A stretch of 64,000 nucleotides of DNA from Candidatus Dojkabacteria bacterium (GTDB taxonomy: Bacteria > Patescibacteriota > Dojkabacteria > SC72), in contig JAQVKD010000001.1 of NCBI GenBank assembly GCA_028694805.1, positions 25,549-89,548 on the forward strand, read 5' to 3'. The position numbers and the translations under genes are program-made. Positions 55,229 through 63,943 of the stretch are shown here, piece by piece. The first letter of the stretch is position 1; the number at the start of each line of letters is the position of its first letter. The notes under the pieces are model-generated. The model saw only the letters and a list, made by a program, of their open reading frames with translations. It had not been told where the DNA came from and did no database searches.

Positions 55229-55765
55229 TCATTTTTCATCATTTAATTTGAAAATTTTGTCAAGTCTTCTGTTAAGATCTTCTTTACCTTTCAATTCATC
55301 ATAAGTTTCGTTCTTTTTCGTTGAATCAATCGTAATCGATGGTTTCTTAATATCTATCTCTGTTTTATCTCTTTTGTATTTTATTTCGAAATTGCTTATT
55401 AAATCAGTAACTTCTTCTTTTGTTACATATTTATTATCAATATCACCGATTACTTCTTCGTAAATAGCTTTTATGACAGAATTGTTATTTGACTTGACCA
55501 TCATGTTTAGTCTTTGCTCTGTTTTTTGTTCTAAGTCTTTTATAATTTCACTTTTTATTCTGTCAATATATTCATTTGCCATTTCTTCAATTTTCTTACT
55601 AATAATTTCATCAATTTCAGACTTATTTTTTGTTCTATGTTTCCAACCTAATATAATTTGATTAACTAAATCACTTTTTGTTGTTCCTGTGTAATTTGCC
55701 TCCATTTCTAATATTCTATTTGTTTCATCATCTGTTCTAAACCTAATTACACTTTCTTTTGTCAT
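55229..55765 (-). CDS. RHH-domain + coiled-coil protein
   Basis: VIRFRTDDETNRILEMEANYTGTTKSDLVNQII. Confidence 0.7.
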   Translation of the reverse strand: MTKESVIRFRTDDETNRILEMEANYTGTTKSDLVNQIILGWKHRTKNKSEIDEIISKKIEEMANEYIDRIKSEIIKDLEQKTEQRLNMMVKSNNNSVIKAIYEEVIGDIDNKYVTKEEVTDLISNFEIKYKRDKTEIDIKKPSITIDSTKKNETYDELKGKEDLNRRLDKIFKLNDEK

Positions 55766-55803
55766 TTTAATTTCCTATTTTTATAACTTTGTAAAAATCT
55801 TTT

Positions 55804-55864
55804 AGACCACGAAAGGCTACAAACGTGGTTTATCAGACCACAAACGTAGACAATCGTCTACGTT
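55804..55864. promoter_or_regulatory. Operator-like palindromes upstream of the RHH gene
   Basis: aacgtagac-N4-gtctacgtt (55843-55864), accacg..cgtggt, repeated agaccac and acaaacgt. Confidence 0.45.
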
Positions 55865-55878
55865 CTTTTTTAAATTTT

Positions 55879-56001
55879 TTAGACTTTATTTTTTCTATAT
55901 TGTAATGTCATCTGCGCTATTTTCCATCCCAAATAACTTCCTATTCCTGCTGAGATAGAAATCCACAACAGGAATAAGATATATGAAACTTGTTCATTCA
56001 T
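55879..56001 (-). CDS. Small single-TM protein (40 aa, not in ORF track)
   Basis: MNEQVSYILFLLWISISAGIGSYLGWKIAQMTLQYRKNKV. Confidence 0.55.
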   Translation of the reverse strand: MNEQVSYILFLLWISISAGIGSYLGWKIAQMTLQYRKNKV

Positions 56002-56026
56002 ACTTTCTTCTTTAGTAATACTGTAT

Positions 56027-56548
56027 TTATATTATGCTTATATTTGAACTGGCGAATGCTGTTGCACTTGAGTTTCCACTAGTTGATACACTCGAAGAAT
56101 TCATTCTTTCTATTGTTTTATTTTGGTTGAAGTAATAGTTTGTAGTTGTATTCGTATCGTTGTTTGATTGAACTGATTTTGCATAGCATAATGATGCATT
56201 TACACTGCTTTCCATAACCAAGCCTTGAATAATCAACTGCTTTCCAGATACTGTTATCTTTTCACCTGGAACACACCAACCAGGACTTGCAGGAATTAAT
56301 GCTTCTGAACTTTTATTGTTCTCTGTGGATGTAGACAGATTAGAGCTAGTATTGGATTTATATGTAGCGTTTTGACTTATTTTAGTTACTGGAAGTGAAT
56401 CATTCACTAATTCTTTTGTTGTCACAGTCGATACTGGAGTACTTGTAATAACAAGACTATTATTCTTCGCATTATTATCTACACATCCTGACAAGAGTAA
56501 TAATCCTGCTACCAACAGTGCCGTGGCTATTATGGTTTTATTTTTCAT
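56027..56548 (-). CDS. Archaeal lipoprotein
   Basis: Lipobox LLLLSGCVD after a basic N-terminus. Confidence 0.8.
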   Translation of the reverse strand: MKNKTIIATALLVAGLLLLSGCVDNNAKNNSLVITSTPVSTVTTKELVNDSLPVTKISQNATYKSNTSSNLSTSTENNKSSEALIPASPGWCVPGEKITVSGKQLIIQGLVMESSVNASLCYAKSVQSNNDTNTTTNYYFNQNKTIERMNSSSVSTSGNSSATAFASSNISII

Positions 56549-56563
56549 GTTTTTAATTCCTCC

Positions 56564-56812
56564 TTATTTAAATTTTAATTTATATTGAAGCTTTAATCTT
56601 CTATTTTCAATTTTTGTTGTTATTAATAATGCAGCTATTAAGTTTATTGGACCAAATAATGCAAAAAATATACTGTCTCTCATGTCCTGTTTGTAGTGTT
56701 CTTCTGCAAGCCTTGGATATTTATATTGAAAGTATCCAAAGTACATTCCATGAGATAGTATCCCTGATGCTATCCATATTATTGCTATTACAATCAAGAT
56801 TAGAGTGTTCAC
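56564..56812 (-). CDS. Two-TM membrane protein
   Basis: Hydrophobic helices; GGAGG SD. Confidence 0.65.
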   Translation of the reverse strand: MNTLILIVIAIIWIASGILSHGMYFGYFQYKYPRLAEEHYKQDMRDSIFFALFGPINLIAALLITTKIENRRLKLQYKLKFK

Positions 56813-56831
56813 TTTATCTCCTCCCTATTTG

Positions 56832-57317
56832 TTATTCTTCTTGTTTCCTCATTATTCTCTTTACCGTTTTTATCAATAGGAAAATTACAAATGCAATGAT
56901 TATTATTACCGTACCAAGACCGACCATTTGAATTGTTGATATGTCTCTTTGAATAGATGTTGAACTTTTGTCTTCAGCATACCACGTATATAATATAGTC
57001 CTTCCGTCAAGAGTTGCTATTGCCAGAACTTTGGATTCGGGATATCGATTTCCATTGCTATCTAATGGTCTTATTATAGTGAAAGTGATTTTTGAATTGT
57101 TTATTACTCCATCAAAGTATATTCTTCCCTGGTCTAATGTTAGGTTATTATTACTGTCAACTGTATAATATTGTTCTGTATATATTAAACGACCAGTTTG
57201 TCCTTTAGTATCGAGATATATATCTTTTTGTTGTGGCTCTATTGCTGTTACCATTATTGGAATCAACAGTAACACTGTCATTGCTGTTAATATATTGATC
57301 CTCGTCCTATTAATCAT
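56832..57317 (-). CDS. Secreted protein with C-terminal TM anchor
   Basis: Signal peptide, C-terminal TM + basic tail. Confidence 0.7.
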   Translation of the reverse strand: MINRTRINILTAMTVLLLIPIMVTAIEPQQKDIYLDTKGQTGRLIYTEQYYTVDSNNNLTLDQGRIYFDGVINNSKITFTIIRPLDSNGNRYPESKVLAIATLDGRTILYTWYAEDKSSTSIQRDISTIQMVGLGTVIIIIAFVIFLLIKTVKRIMRKQEE

Positions 57318-57343
57318 TTTTCAATCACTCCTTTATTTTCCTA

Positions 57344-57457
57344 TTATTTATGCTTTAAAATGTATTTATCAAGTAAATAATAACCTACTGCTGTTAAAAG
57401 AATGACAATAATCCCAACAAAATACGGAAATGCTGAACTTTCTGTTATTGATGCCAT
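57344..57457 (-). CDS. Small single-TM protein (37 aa, not in ORF track)
   Basis: MASITESSAFPYFVGIIVILLTAVGYYLLDKYILKHK; AGGAG SD. Confidence 0.6.
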   Translation of the reverse strand: MASITESSAFPYFVGIIVILLTAVGYYLLDKYILKHK

Positions 57458-57475
57458 TGTTTAATTTCTCCTTAT

Positions 57476-58189
57476 CTATAGATGAAGGAAATCCAATACC
57501 ATCTGTATTAATGATGGTGATTTACTTGATTCATCTAAAGATATTCCATAATCCATATCTGAACTGTTTGATGCTGAGATAGTTTCATTAATTTTTTGTA
57601 TATTTATTGATTCATTTACATTGACTAATACACTGCTAATGTTAGAGAAATTACTGAAATTGAGAGATTGTATTGATGTTCCGTTGACATCCATATTTTC
57701 ATTGTATGTTTGAGGTGTTCCATGAACGACTATTGTCTGAATTCCAGAAGGTAATTTATTTAGCTCGTTTAACGTAGAAGTAAAGAAATTATTGGTGTTG
57801 ATATTTTGTGTGTTAGTCGACGATGTTGTAACACCGTTCACTGTAGTTGTTTTAACTACATTGCCTGGTGATTGTGAAACTGCATTTGAATTTGATATTA
57901 TTGTTTCACCTTTTTTAGCATTGCTTGAGCTTTCTGATATTGCTACTCCGCCTTTAGTAGAGTCAGCATTTGAATTTGAAATTGCCACACCATCACCAGT
58001 AGCCCGTGAGCTAGAAATTGCTATTGATGTTCCTCCGTTTGAAGAAGATGCTGTAGAACTTGAACTCGAACTTGCTGCTATTGCTACTGATATTGTTACT
58101 AACATCACAACAGCTATAGATGTTAAATACATTTTTATTTTATTCATTTTATGTTCCTCCCTTATTATGTTGTCTTGTTCAATATTCAA
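57476..58189 (-). CDS. Secreted Ser/Ala-rich protein, short paralogue of 59996-61675
   Basis: Signal peptide (likely start MNKIK at 58147), about four 14-aa S/A repeats. Confidence 0.7.
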   Translation of the reverse strand: MNIEQDNIIREEHKMNKIKMYLTSIAVVMLVTISVAIAASSSSSSTASSSNGGTSIAISSSRATGDGVAISNSNADSTKGGVAISESSSNAKKGETIISNSNAVSQSPGNVVKTTTVNGVTTSSTNTQNINTNNFFTSTLNELNKLPSGIQTIVVHGTPQTYNENMDVNGTSIQSLNFSNFSNISSVLVNVNESINIQKINETISASNSSDMDYGISLDESSKSPSLIQMVLDFLHL

Positions 58190-59804
58190 TAATTTCTAGT
58201 TTTTTTCTCAACCTTTTTATTACCTTTCTTATCGCAATTGATACCACTATTATAGGAATCAATACAGCAATAAATCCAATTATTTGAAGATTTTTATTAT
58301 TAGGAATTCCACTATTTGGAACAGATTGAAGTACTGCTGTCGTATTATTTCCTATATTAGCTATTGAATTATTTACATCATTCGTAATTGTTGCATCTGT
58401 ATTATTCATTGATTGAACATTATCTTTCAGTCCACTTATTGCGTATACAGATGGTGTTGGCGACGATGCTTGATAATATGTATATATTCCATCAGTATTT
58501 ATAATCTTAGTATTTAACTTCCACCAATTTCCAGTATACTTCAATAATTTAACATCTTCTTTATTTAAATTATTTTCTTTAATCCAGGTATTCAACACCT
58601 TAAATTTTATTGTAATGTAGCTAATTCTCTTACTATTTATCCATATATTTTCATTAGAGTAAATTATTCCTGCAGGAATCTTATCAGCCGTGAGTGAAAG
58701 TCCTTTCAAATGTTCCAACCTTACAGTAACATCATTATCACTTAAATTCCCAATAACATCTATCTCATATATAGAGAAATTAGGTAATTCAAATAAATAT
58801 GCTACCGATTTTCCTGCAAGCATATCATTACTCTTAGTTATAAACTTCTCTATGTTATAATATGACTCAGGACTTGTTGTTCCTCCGCCACCGCCTCCGC
58901 CACCACTACTTGAACCGCTACTGCCACTAGAACCGCTACTTCCTCCACCAGACGAAGAAGATGGTTTTTTATTTACACTCCATATAATTGTCCACGTCTT
59001 CGAATCACAACCACTTTTAGCAACTGCAGTAACATTCCATTGTCCTTGTGTTGGATTTGTAATTGTGTATGTACTTACTACAGTTATACCAGATTCATTA
59101 AATACTTCTGCGCTATTTATATACCACTTAACGTACCACGATTTATTGGTATCTGATAAGTTCCCTGTTCCAAAAGTTGTTTTATCTCCAACATAACTTG
59201 AAAATGTTTGGGATGGATATGTAGTATTTTCACATAATGGTGTTGTAGGAGTTTGTGTAGGAGTTGGTGTTGCATTGTCAGGTATTGGAGTTGAATTATC
59301 AGGTATTGGAGTTGAATTATCAGGTATTGGAGTTGAATTATCAGGTATCGGTGTAGGATCGTCAGGTATTGGAATAACATCAGATGATGTAACTGGAATT
59401 ATAATCATTGCATTACTATATCCATTTTTGCTTGCTGTTGCAATTACAGCTCCTAATGATGTTGCATTTACTGGAATTGTAACTTGTCCACTTTCATCAG
59501 TTATTCCATTTCCTAAAGCCGAACCACTGAGAGATACTGTTACATCCTTTGCAGGTAACATTGGTGATGGATATACAGCTGCACATGCTTCATCTGGCTC
59601 AGAACCACATGGACGAGTAACTGTAAATGTAACATCTTTCTCAATACCTGTTGTTAAGAATTGAGTATCTGATGTAATTGTCAGATTTTCATTTGCTGCA
59701 TATGCTATTGGTATCAACAAAATTATGAGTGTCATTACTCCAAATACAGCAATTAAAGAAATCTTATCTATTGTCATTTTTCTTACTACTTTCATTTTAA
59801 TCAC
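58179..59804 (-). CDS. Cell-surface protein with Ig domains, PT-rich linker, PGF-pre-PGF domain and C-terminal TM
   Basis: Signal peptide; SSGGGGGGG..SPESYYNIE..VRLEHLKGLS..P.GIIY..ENIWI..IKFKV..WI..VKLLKY..W..L.T..YYQASSP..S.YAISG typical of Methanosarcinales PGF-pre-PGF domains. Confidence 0.8.
   Translation of the reverse strand: MIKMKVVRKMTIDKISLIAVFGVMTLIILLIPIAYAANENLTITSDTQFLTTGIEKDVTFTVTRPCGSEPDEACAAVYPSPMLPAKDVTVSLSGSALGNGITDESGQVTIPVNATSLGAVIATASKNGYSNAMIIIPVTSSDVIPIPDDPTPIPDNSTPIPDNSTPIPDNSTPIPDNATPTPTQTPTTPLCENTTYPSQTFSSYVGDKTTFGTGNLSDTNKSWYVKWYINSAEVFNESGITVVSTYTITNPTQGQWNVTAVAKSGCDSKTWTIIWSVNKKPSSSSGGGSSGSSGSSGSSSGGGGGGGGTTSPESYYNIEKFITKSNDMLAGKSVAYLFELPNFSIYEIDVIGNLSDNDVTVRLEHLKGLSLTADKIPAGIIYSNENIWINSKRISYITIKFKVLNTWIKENNLNKEDVKLLKYTGNWWKLNTKIINTDGIYTYYQASSPTPSVYAISGLKDNVQSMNNTDATITNDVNNSIANIGNNTTAVLQSVPNSGIPNNKNLQIIGFIAVLIPIIVVSIAIRKVIKRLRKKLEIIEY
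59278..59372. repeat. 21-bp tandem repeat (PIPDNST), three perfect units plus degenerate copies
   Basis: Unit tcaggtattggagttgaatta. Confidence 0.95.
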
Positions 59805-59939
59805 TCCATTTTATTAGATAAGTTCATTACAAACTTATTTTGATGGAACGGAAGCTTGGTTAAGGGTACGTGTATGGAGACCAACTTGGCGTTCTTTCAT
59901 CATAGTATTGTAATTGTAACTAGATAAAAATAAAAAAAT

Positions 59940-59973
59940 GAAATGCATATATCTGTATAGATACACGCACTTC
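59940..59973 (-). terminator. Stem-loop + U-tract terminator
   Basis: Minus strand GAAGTGCGTGTATCT..AGATATATGCATTTC (G-U pairs) followed by ATTTTTTTATTTTT. Confidence 0.65.
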
Positions 59974-59995
59974 AGATCGGGATTTAGTTGTTGTT

Positions 59996-61675
59996 CTACG
60001 GTATATTTGGCATTACCACTACACCAATAACAGTGTTTGGATAGCCATCTTTACTTGCCGTTACAGTTATTATTCCTGCGGTCGATGCTACCACATCTTC
60101 TATAACAGCATTTCCATTTTCATCTGTTGTTGCATGTCCAGATGCTGCACCGGTTAAGTCAATATTTACATTTTCTATTCCAACATTGTTCACTTTCACT
60201 ATGAAAGTTAGATCAGTAGGAACTCCTACTTTTATAATTGATGGTTCTTCTTTGACATCCAAAGTTGGGGTAGAAGTTCCACCATTGCCATTACCACCAT
60301 TTTCACATGGATTAGCTGGTTGCTGGCATGGCTGAGGTGTTGGTGTTGGTTCGTTGCACGTGTTCGGACATGGGGTCGGTGTTGGTGTTGGTTCGTTGCA
60401 CGTGTTCGGACATGGGGTCGGTGTTGGTGTTGGTTCGTTGCATGTGTTTGGACATGGGGTCGGTGTTGGTGTTGGTTCGTTGCATGTGTTTGGACATGGG
60501 GTCGGTGTTGGTGTTGGTTCGTTGCATGTGTTTGGACATGGTGGTGGCGGTGGTGTGCACGGATTTCCGCAAGGAGGTACTGGTGGCGGGTTAGGTGTAT
60601 TAGCTGTTGCTATTCCTGATACTGATGCATGACTGTGAAGAATCTCACATGCATTATCGTATGCTGTTACAACTACTCCACCGACATAAGTAAGGGTATA
60701 TCCTCCAGGAATGTTAGCTATTGCCAGTGAAAGCGAATTTCCATTTGCTGTTGCATGATCATCTGCAGCAGCTATTATTCCACTGTTAGCTACTGCACCA
60801 GATCCGACTGCTACTGATGTTGCAGTTCCAACCGATGAACTTGCCGTGTTTGCTTGTGCATTTGCTGACGAAGATGCAGTACCTCCATTAATTCCATAAC
60901 TCACTGCTGCTGCATTAGCATTTGCATTATTGGTTGCAGTGGATGTTGTCACTGAATTTGCGTTTCCATTATTAACACCTACTGATGCAGATGTTGATGT
61001 TGCAACACTTCCAGTGTGAGCATCTGATGCTGACACAGAGTTAGCTGTTGATCCGTAAGATGCTTCGGATGTACTTACAGACGTTGCATGACCTTTCGTA
61101 TCAGCATTTGCATTCGAAGCAGAGTTTGCATTGCTAAGATGTGTTGCAGATGCAATTGACTGAGCATTTGCAGTTGTAGCGATTCCATTTGCACTGGCAA
61201 TTGAATTCGCATTTGCTGAAGACCAGTCACTTGCTGTTGCTGCTGATGCTGCATTTGATGCTGCCTTATTTGCAGCAGTTGTTAAAGCATCTGATGTTGC
61301 AATGCTATTCTTAATTGCTGACGACGCAGCACTTGATGTTGATGTTCCACCGTTAACAGTAGTTGCTCCTGCATTTGATGTAGCTACTGAGCTGTCTACT
61401 GCTATTGATGTTGCTGATGCATCAGATGTTCCGCTATTAACTGTATTTGCATTCGCATCTGCTGTTGCTACACTTCCATGATTTGACGTAGCCTGTGCAT
61501 CAGAATGTGAAACACCACTTCCAGTTGCCTGAGAACCAGAGGTAACAGCCGACGTCGAGCCATCAGAGGCTATTGCCGTTCCTGTTGATGTTGAAGATGC
61601 TGCAAGTGCAAACGGAGATGCTACTAAAAGCAACACCATTGCAAACACAGCAATTTGTACACTGTTTTTATTCAT
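59996..61675 (-). CDS. Secreted Ala/Ser/Thr/Asn beta-solenoid protein with Cys/Pro repeats and C-terminal Ig domain
   Basis: Signal peptide; about 20 x 14-aa repeats; PCPNTCNEPTPTPT repeats; C-terminal domain shared with the N-terminus of 58179-59804. Confidence 0.8.
   Translation of the reverse strand: MNKNSVQIAVFAMVLLLVASPFALAASSTSTGTAIASDGSTSAVTSGSQATGSGVSHSDAQATSNHGSVATADANANTVNSGTSDASATSIAVDSSVATSNAGATTVNGGTSTSSAASSAIKNSIATSDALTTAANKAASNAASAATASDWSSANANSIASANGIATTANAQSIASATHLSNANSASNANADTKGHATSVSTSEASYGSTANSVSASDAHTGSVATSTSASVGVNNGNANSVTTSTATNNANANAAAVSYGINGGTASSSANAQANTASSSVGTATSVAVGSGAVANSGIIAAADDHATANGNSLSLAIANIPGGYTLTYVGGVVVTAYDNACEILHSHASVSGIATANTPNPPPVPPCGNPCTPPPPPCPNTCNEPTPTPTPCPNTCNEPTPTPTPCPNTCNEPTPTPTPCPNTCNEPTPTPTPCPNTCNEPTPTPQPCQQPANPCENGGNGNGGTSTPTLDVKEEPSIIKVGVPTDLTFIVKVNNVGIENVNIDLTGAASGHATTDENGNAVIEDVVASTAGIITVTASKDGYPNTVIGVVVMPNIP
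60336..60541. repeat. 42-bp tandem repeat x~5 (PCPNTCNEPTPTPT)
   Basis: Unit ggtgttggtgttggttcgttgcaYgtgttYggacatggggtc. Confidence 0.95.
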
Positions 61676-61843
61676 ATCTTATCTCCTAATTTTGTTTCTT
61701 TAACTTTAGCTGTTTAGCACTTAACCAGGTTGCTACCCTACCATAATGATGCTATGACTGCCAGAGATTTGCATCCTTCGTCATGATGATGTTTCTCTTC
61801 ACTGTACATAGCTTTTATGACCACAATCCTTTTATTAAATATC

Positions 61844-61962
61844 AGGTTACATCATTTATTGTGACAAACAGAAGATAAAAAAAGTTCCTTTTCAGGACTC
61901 TTACTATGGGGGTGGTGGTGTAGTTAAATATCTTCTGTTTTTTGTCATAAATGATATAACCT
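61844..61962. repeat. Imperfect ~34-bp inverted repeat around a ~50-nt core
   Basis: aggttacatcatttattgtgacaaacagaagata / tatcttctgttttttgtcataaatgatataacct. Confidence 0.8.
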
Positions 61963-62232
61963 TTTTCAATATCAATTTGTAATTATTAAAGGTCTTGAAA
62001 CACGTATTGACAGATGGAAAGCCAAAAAAGCACTGGGTGGAATTTGGTTTTAATGGTGGTTAGTTTCCCATCTTTTGCCATATGTATCAAGACCTCATTT
62101 GTTAATTCCAATATTCATAGTGACAAGCAAGAGAACAAAAAAGAAGCTAAGTATGGAATGGGTCGTATAGTGTCGAATTCTCTTGCCTTTTATCATGAAC
62201 ATTGGAATCAATCCTTTTTTAATTCTCTGCCT

Positions 62233-62802
62233 TTATTGTGATGTTTGATGTCTTTTTTTCTGTTGTTCGTATATATTATTAGCCTCATTTTCAGGATTAA
62301 AAGCATCAATGAATTCGTCTGTATTTAAATTTGGTCTTTTGCATAGCAAATCGCTACACATTATTTCCATCAAACTCATTTTTATGTCATACTTCTCGTA
62401 TAATATGTTTGATGTCACTTTAAGCTTTTTATGAACCTTGTCAGGAATTTCCATTACATGTTGTCCACTTCCAGGAAATAAATCACGCTTATTAATTTTA
62501 GGTTTTATATCCTTTATGAGAATCTTTTCAAGCAACCTTGCATCAAAATCATTTTCTGTTAAGTATATACAAATAAACTTAATCTGATACTTATCGTCAA
62601 AGTTTTTGTGATGATGATATAATCTACTTCTGATTGATTTTGCTGAACCAACATACTTTTCTTCGGAAGAAAATGTTATTACATATGCACCACAGCTAAT
62701 AGGTGTTAAATATATGTCTTCTGGTGATATATTATCTATTACAGATTTAATGTTAATATCACAATTAATATGTGTTTTTAGTTCATTGCTTTCCATAATC
62801 AC
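62233..62802 (-). CDS. GIY-YIG nuclease with RHH-like C-terminal segment
   Basis: CGAYVITF..KYVGSA..IRSRL..H..LEKILI...KP..N. Confidence 0.8.
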   Translation of the reverse strand: MIMESNELKTHINCDINIKSVIDNISPEDIYLTPISCGAYVITFSSEEKYVGSAKSIRSRLYHHHKNFDDKYQIKFICIYLTENDFDARLLEKILIKDIKPKINKRDLFPGSGQHVMEIPDKVHKKLKVTSNILYEKYDIKMSLMEIMCSDLLCKRPNLNTDEFIDAFNPENEANNIYEQQKKRHQTSQ

Positions 62803-63350
62803 TCACTCAAAACTAACTCCTTTTTTTTATCTTTCTCCTCTTTTTCTGCTTTTATAGAATCACTTAACCACTCTGTTATATTTTCTTGTTCTTTAGCTTT
62901 TTCGATAAAAATCTTTACTATGTTACCAATAGTAACACGTATATCATATTCTGAATATAATGATGCCTGTATTTTCTTAATTTCATCATATAAATCCTTC
63001 GATATTTTTACAACTTCACTTTCTTGTACAGGAAACAAATCACGCTTATTAACTTCAGGTTTTATGTCTTTTATAAGAATCTTCTCAAGTATTCTTGAAT
63101 CAAACACATCTTCTACTAAGTATACACGAATTAATTTAATTTGATACTCTCCATTGAAACTTTCACGATGATAATTCAATCTAGTTCTTAAAGTCTTTGT
63201 TGAACCGACATATTTCCTACCACATAAAAATGTTATTATATATACACCACATTCATCAGGCAACATATCTATATCTTCTAGTGGTATGTTATCTATCACC
63301 GATGTAACACTAATATCGTAATTAATATGTGTTTTTGATTCGTTATTCAT
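62799..63350 (-). CDS. GIY-YIG nuclease with RHH-like C-terminal segment, tandem paralogue
   Basis: CGVYIITF..KYVGST..LRTRL..H..LEKILIKDIKPEVN. Confidence 0.8.
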   Translation of the reverse strand: MNNESKTHINYDISVTSVIDNIPLEDIDMLPDECGVYIITFLCGRKYVGSTKTLRTRLNYHRESFNGEYQIKLIRVYLVEDVFDSRILEKILIKDIKPEVNKRDLFPVQESEVVKISKDLYDEIKKIQASLYSEYDIRVTIGNIVKIFIEKAKEQENITEWLSDSIKAEKEEKDKKKELVLSE

Positions 63351-63367
63351 CTTATATCACACCTTCT

Positions 63368-63658
63368 CTAATTTGAAACAATTTTTCTTGACTCTAAATC
63401 TTCAGCATAGCACTGAACTATAGCATTTTTATGCTTCTTTAAACCAAAAGATTCAAGCATTCTGTTTAGGAGTGATTCATTCTCAATTATGTTTGTATCA
63501 TACATCTTCTTTATTATCACTATTCCATTTCCTATATATTCCACTTTCACAACATCACCAACACTTAGACCTGCTTTTTTTGAAGATATGTTTACATATA
63601 TACTATCATCGTCTTTCTTCTTTTGCTGAATTATTCGTGTGTCTGTTATTGATGTCAT
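63368..63658 (-). CDS. AbrB/MazE/SpoVT-like DNA-binding protein
   Basis: RIIQ..DSIYVNI....GLSVGDVVKVE...GIVIIKK. Confidence 0.65.
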   Translation of the reverse strand: MTSITDTRIIQQKKKDDDSIYVNISSKKAGLSVGDVVKVEYIGNGIVIIKKMYDTNIIENESLLNRMLESFGLKKHKNAIVQCYAEDLESRKIVSN

Positions 63659-63720
63659 GTTAACCTTTTTCGATTTTAATAAAGGGTCTTTGAGGGTACT
63701 ATACTCTAAAAGGTCTCAAA

Positions 63721-63738
63721 GATATATAAGTCTTTTGG
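63721..63738 (-). promoter_or_regulatory. Archaeal BRE-TATA promoter
   Basis: Minus strand CCAAAAGACTTATATATC upstream of the AbrB-like gene. Confidence 0.55.
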
Positions 63739-63781
63739 TATACCCAAAAAGTCTAAAATATTTAAAAAGGTAGATAAAAAT

Positions 63782-63943
63782 CTACTCTTCTTCACCTCTT
63801 TCATACTTATTCACATCTCTCTTTCCCTTATAAAATTTGTTCCCTACTCTTAAATCCTTTGTTTTTATGAAATAACCGCACTTATGACATTTTAATCCGC
63901 CATCACCAGCATATAAAACAACTCTACATCTAGGACATCTCAT
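63782..63943 (-). CDS. Small zinc-ribbon protein (53 aa, not in ORF track)
   Basis: MRCPRCRVVLYAGDGGLKCHKCGYFIK... Confidence 0.55.
   Translation of the reverse strand: MRCPRCRVVLYAGDGGLKCHKCGYFIKTKDLRVGNKFYKGKRDVNKYERGEEE

Noticed and set aside
60336-60541. 42-bp repeats as a CRISPR array
   Set aside because: Units are contiguous with no unique spacers and encode in-frame PCPNTCNEPTPTPT; no cas genes
22138-60572. Alternative-frame minus-strand ORFs nested in real genes (22138-22344, 23666-23920, 30268-30474, 59117-59380, 60312-60572)
   Set aside because: By-products of Cys/Gly/Pro codon bias and tandem repeats in the main frame
711-63663. Plus-strand ORFs in the supplied track (e.g. 711-1082, 12506-12892, 53279-53749, 60320-60632, 62014-62241)
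   Set aside because: Nearly all are antisense shadows of well-supported minus-strand genes or of repeats, without SD or recognisable motifs; 51919-52104 and 62014-62241 lie in gaps but have no supporting features
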